This document shows positions 61,117 through 64,000 of a stretch of 64,000 bases of DNA, piece after piece. Where the stretch lies: IMG/VR virus record IMGVR_UViG_3300024272_002379. One strand, given 5' to 3'. Positions within the stretch are counted from its first letter, which is position 1. Every line of letters starts with the position of its first letter. Below the pieces are notes generated by a model. That model did not search any database. It was not told the DNA's origin and saw only the letters and a list, made by a program, of their open reading frames with translations. Source of the stretch: a virus (taxonomy: Duplodnaviria > Caudoviricetes). Position numbers and translations under genes: made by a program.

Positions 61117-61872
61117 ATGAAAAAACATCTTTATACAGTACTGACCTTTATGGTCATTCTCGTAATATGGTACAATGCATCATTGATTGCAAATCCATTA
61201 TTCATTCCTAATCCACTAGCAGTGTGGAATGATTTTAAAATACTTGTATCAGATGGCTCTATCTTTATTCATCTTATTTATACCTTCAGGAGAATTATGG
61301 TTGCTACATGCTTATCAGGACTTGTCGCACTACCGTTAGGGTTATTGGTGCGTAATTTCAAAATAGCAAAAGCAACCATTTATCCTGTAATTATGCTATT
61401 ACGTTATATACCTGTAACAGCATTCTATCCATTGCTTATTATGTGGGTTGGTATTGAAGAGGAAATGAAAGTAGCTTTTCTGTTTATCGCATGTTTTGTT
61501 TACATGCTCCCATCAGTAGTTCTTGCTCTTGATGAAGTAAACGACCAGCTTATTGATACAGGATTGACTATTGGAATGAGTAAATTACAAACTATCACCA
61601 GAATTCAATTACCATCTACATTACCTAGTATTATGAACAGTTTTGTTATGATGGTTGGTATTGGCTGGACATATTGTGCAGTAGTAGAAACAATCAATGC
61701 CAAATATGGATTAGGCTACGTAATCCATCAGGCAACCGCTAGAGGTAAAACTGATTTGGTATTCATGGCTATTATTGCCATTATGATTGTTAGCTTTGTG
61801 TTTGATAACACTTGTAAATTTTTAATCCATAAGGTATTTAAATGGAGGTACGTTAATGATAAAACTAAATAA
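61117..61872 (+). CDS. ABC transporter permease (NitT/TauT/SsuC type)
   Basis: FIPNP, LRYIPVTAFYPLLIMWVGI, EAA-like loop, AVVETINAKYGLGY. Confidence 0.88.
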   Translation: MKKHLYTVLTFMVILVIWYNASLIANPLFIPNPLAVWNDFKILVSDGSIFIHLIYTFRRIMVATCLSGLVALPLGLLVRNFKIAKATIYPVIMLLRYIPVTAFYPLLIMWVGIEEEMKVAFLFIACFVYMLPSVVLALDEVNDQLIDTGLTIGMSKLQTITRIQLPSTLPSIMNSFVMMVGIGWTYCAVVETINAKYGLGYVIHQATARGKTDLVFMAIIAIMIVSFVFDNTCKFLIHKVFKWRYVNDKTK

Positions 61873-62452
61873 TGTATCAATAGGCTACAATTGTCTTGCA
61901 ATTCGGAAAGATTTAAATTATAATTTCCATCAAGGTAAGATTTATGGAATCTTAGGAGAATCAGGTTGTGGCAAGACAACATTGTTAAAGACCATTGCTG
62001 GATTAATAAGACCCGTGAAAGGCTCAATAAGATGTGATATTCCTAAAAGAGAAATTTACATGATGCACCAGTCTTACACATGTTTTGATTGGTTATCATG
62101 CTTAGATAATATCTTGATAACGGAACGCATCAAACATCATAAAATTACGGACGAAATTAGAAATAAAGCAATGGAAATGCTTAAGGCTGTTGGTCTTGAA
62201 GACCATGCAGACAAATACCCAACACAGTTATCTGGCGGACAGAGACAAAGATTAGCGTTAGCACGCACGCTATTCACTTCACCTAGACTGATTTTAATGG
62301 ATGAACCATTATCAGCATTAGATGAAGAAACCCGTACAGCAATGCAGGATTTAATCCTGGATATACATAAGAAAACCTATAACACAATCATCATGATTAC
62401 ACATAGCAAATCCGAAGCGGATAAAATGTGTGATGAGATTATTAACTTTTAA
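61856..62452 (+). CDS. ABC transporter ATP-binding protein (SsuB/TauB type)
   Basis: GESGCGKT, LSGGQRQR, LMDEPLSALD, ITH. Confidence 0.92.
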   Translation: MIKLNNVSIGYNCLAIRKDLNYNFHQGKIYGILGESGCGKTTLLKTIAGLIRPVKGSIRCDIPKREIYMMHQSYTCFDWLSCLDNILITERIKHHKITDEIRNKAMEMLKAVGLEDHADKYPTQLSGGQRQRLALARTLFTSPRLILMDEPLSALDEETRTAMQDLILDIHKKTYNTIIMITHSKSEADKMCDEIINF

Positions 62453-62466
62453 GGGAGGACAAAACA

Positions 62467-63015
62467 ATGGCTAGTTTTCTTGAAAGAATGGGCTTAGTTG
62501 AAAAAACTGAAGAAGAAACATTCGACTACGAACCAACTGAATATGAAGTAGAAACAGATGAATCTGTTGATGTAAACCTTGAAGGAGTATCCAAAGAAAA
62601 TTTACAGACAAATCTGATTTCTGAAATTTACAATGCGAATGGACTGTCTGATATGTCTAATTCTATTTTTAAAGCAGAAGAAATCAGCAAGAGTTTACCA
62701 GCTACAATGACAACTGAAGCAAAGAAAGCTTCTGTAGTAGGTATTCTTGGTTCATTCGGTCTTACAGTCGAAGGATTAATCGAAGATGCATCCACAAGAG
62801 CATTTATGCTCGGAGGAGCAGCAACACGTATTACAGAAGATAATACAGCAGTTATTAACGCAAAGAAATTAGAAATCGAAGAAGCGAAAAAGCTTATCGA
62901 ACAGTGCGAAAAGACAATCGCAGAACATGAACAGGTTATCGCTACATCCATGGATTTAATCGAGGATGAAGTAAAGCGTATCACTGGTCTTAAAGAATTT
63001 TTAGGAGGTAAGTAA
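62467..63015 (+). CDS. coiled-coil hypothetical protein in ABC operon
   Basis: 182 aa, C-terminal coiled coil. Confidence 0.65.
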   Translation: MASFLERMGLVEKTEEETFDYEPTEYEVETDESVDVNLEGVSKENLQTNLISEIYNANGLSDMSNSIFKAEEISKSLPATMTTEAKKASVVGILGSFGLTVEGLIEDASTRAFMLGGAATRITEDNTAVINAKKLEIEEAKKLIEQCEKTIAEHEQVIATSMDLIEDEVKRITGLKEFLGGK

Positions 63016-63017
63016 TT

Positions 63018-63764
63018 ATGATTACTTTAACACAGATGATTTATGCTACCATAATCATTATTGTGGTAGTGGCATTAATTGTTTCAGGCAAATTACGTGC
63101 ATTAGGTAAGGCGTTTCTTAATCTTTTCGTGGAAGATTTAGCGGCATCTCCAGAAGGAGCTGAGGCTTTATTTAACCAGAAAATTGAAGAAGTTGAAGAT
63201 AAGTATCGTAAGGCTAACGATGTTTTCTCAAGAATCGCTGGTGAACGTACAAACTGCAAGAAACAGGTAGAGAATTTAAACGCTAGATTAAAAAGAGTAG
63301 AGTCTGTTTGTGAACAGTTAGCTCAGGCTCAGGATGTAGAAAGTTTAAAAATTAAAGCTTCTGAACGTGCAGAAATCGTAGAAGAAATTAAGCTTCATGA
63401 AGAAACATTAGTAACACTTGAAGCTGCATTAAAAGACGCAACTGAAGCAAGAAATGCTTGCGAAGAAAATCTTAACGAGCTGAGAAAACAGAAGAAACAG
63501 GTTGTTACAAAGATGAAACGTAACAGAGATATGAAGGCAGTTTATGATGACCTTAATGGCATCGGTGCTGGTGACCATACTTCTAAATTACTTGATAAAG
63601 TAATTGAAAGAGGTACTGATTTAAACAATCTCGTTACAGGTTCCAAAGAGGCTTATGATTCTAAGACCTCTACAAAATCAAGAAAGATTGACCAGAAACT
63701 CAGTGCTTCTGAAAACGATGCATATGTTCAAAGTTTACTGGGCAAGTACAGCAAAAAGTCATAA
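63018..63764 (+). CDS. PspA/IM30-like coiled-coil protein with N-terminal TM helix
   Basis: 248 aa; TM, then SPE..E.LFNQKIEE and long heptads. Confidence 0.6.
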   Translation: MITLTQMIYATIIIIVVVALIVSGKLRALGKAFLNLFVEDLAASPEGAEALFNQKIEEVEDKYRKANDVFSRIAGERTNCKKQVENLNARLKRVESVCEQLAQAQDVESLKIKASERAEIVEEIKLHEETLVTLEAALKDATEARNACEENLNELRKQKKQVVTKMKRNRDMKAVYDDLNGIGAGDHTSKLLDKVIERGTDLNNLVTGSKEAYDSKTSTKSRKIDQKLSASENDAYVQSLLGKYSKKS

Positions 63765-63782
63765 CATCAGGAGGGAATTATT

Positions 63783-64000
63783 ATGAAACAGTACAGAATT
63801 ACAGGTAAGGCAAAAATTTTAATCATTGTCTTTGTTATTGTAGTATTGGCAGGACTTATCGGCGGTGGCTTAAAAACAGGCCTTATCAAAAACGACATCA
63901 AAGATGGTGGTAGTAATACAGTAGTATCTCAGGACAGCAATACAGGTTCTAACAAAAAAGAAGAATCTAATGCTACAGTAAAACCAGAAGTAACAGATAC
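63783..64000 (+). CDS. membrane-anchored protein, probable ABC substrate-binding protein (partial)
   Basis: GGAGG SD; basic N-terminus, hydrophobic anchor, flexible linker; operon context. Confidence 0.5.
   Translation, partial: MKQYRITGKAKILIIVFVIVVLAGLIGGGLKTGLIKNDIKDGGSNTVVSQDSNTGSNKKEESNATVKPEVTD

Overview
A 64-kb segment of a large, AT-rich tailed dsDNA phage (or prophage/phage-plasmid). The host is most likely a Bacillota (Clostridia-like) bacterium, judged from strong GGAGG Shine-Dalgarno (SD) sites, SigA-type promoters and a Firmicutes-type LexA box. Standard genetic code; ORFs are intact. (1) 1-36.8 kb, minus strand: morphogenesis arm with terminase large subunit, portal, prohead protease/scaffold, a likely decoration protein, major capsid, an Ig-like protein, several large putative virion proteins, two paralog pairs and a LamG/collar/discoidin fibre. 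No tail sheath, tube or tape measure was recognised. (2) 36.1-37.1 kb: divergent control region with a consensus LexA box and a stand-alone sRNA candidate. (3) 37.1-53.5 kb, plus strand: early/middle genes including a 1244-aa single-subunit two-barrel RNA polymerase (cellular RdRP/YonO family) with an N-terminal Rho_N-like domain, a DUF488-SLOG fusion, a macrodomain protein and SSB. (4) 53.6-58.9 kb: a dense RNA island with tmRNA, 10 tRNAs, two aberrant tRNA-like RNAs, a 705-nt ROOL-like RNA and several other structured spacers. (5) 59-64 kb: HU, small ORFs and a NitT/TauT-type ABC transporter plus PspA-like operon. The most unusual signals are reverse-complement copies of early-gene translation leaders (TGATGAG-loop hairpin plus AAAGGATGGT SD) lying in tRNA leader/intergenic RNA, a dispersed family of C(TANC)G hairpins, and the ncRNA island. 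All calls are by-eye motif recognition; no searches were run.
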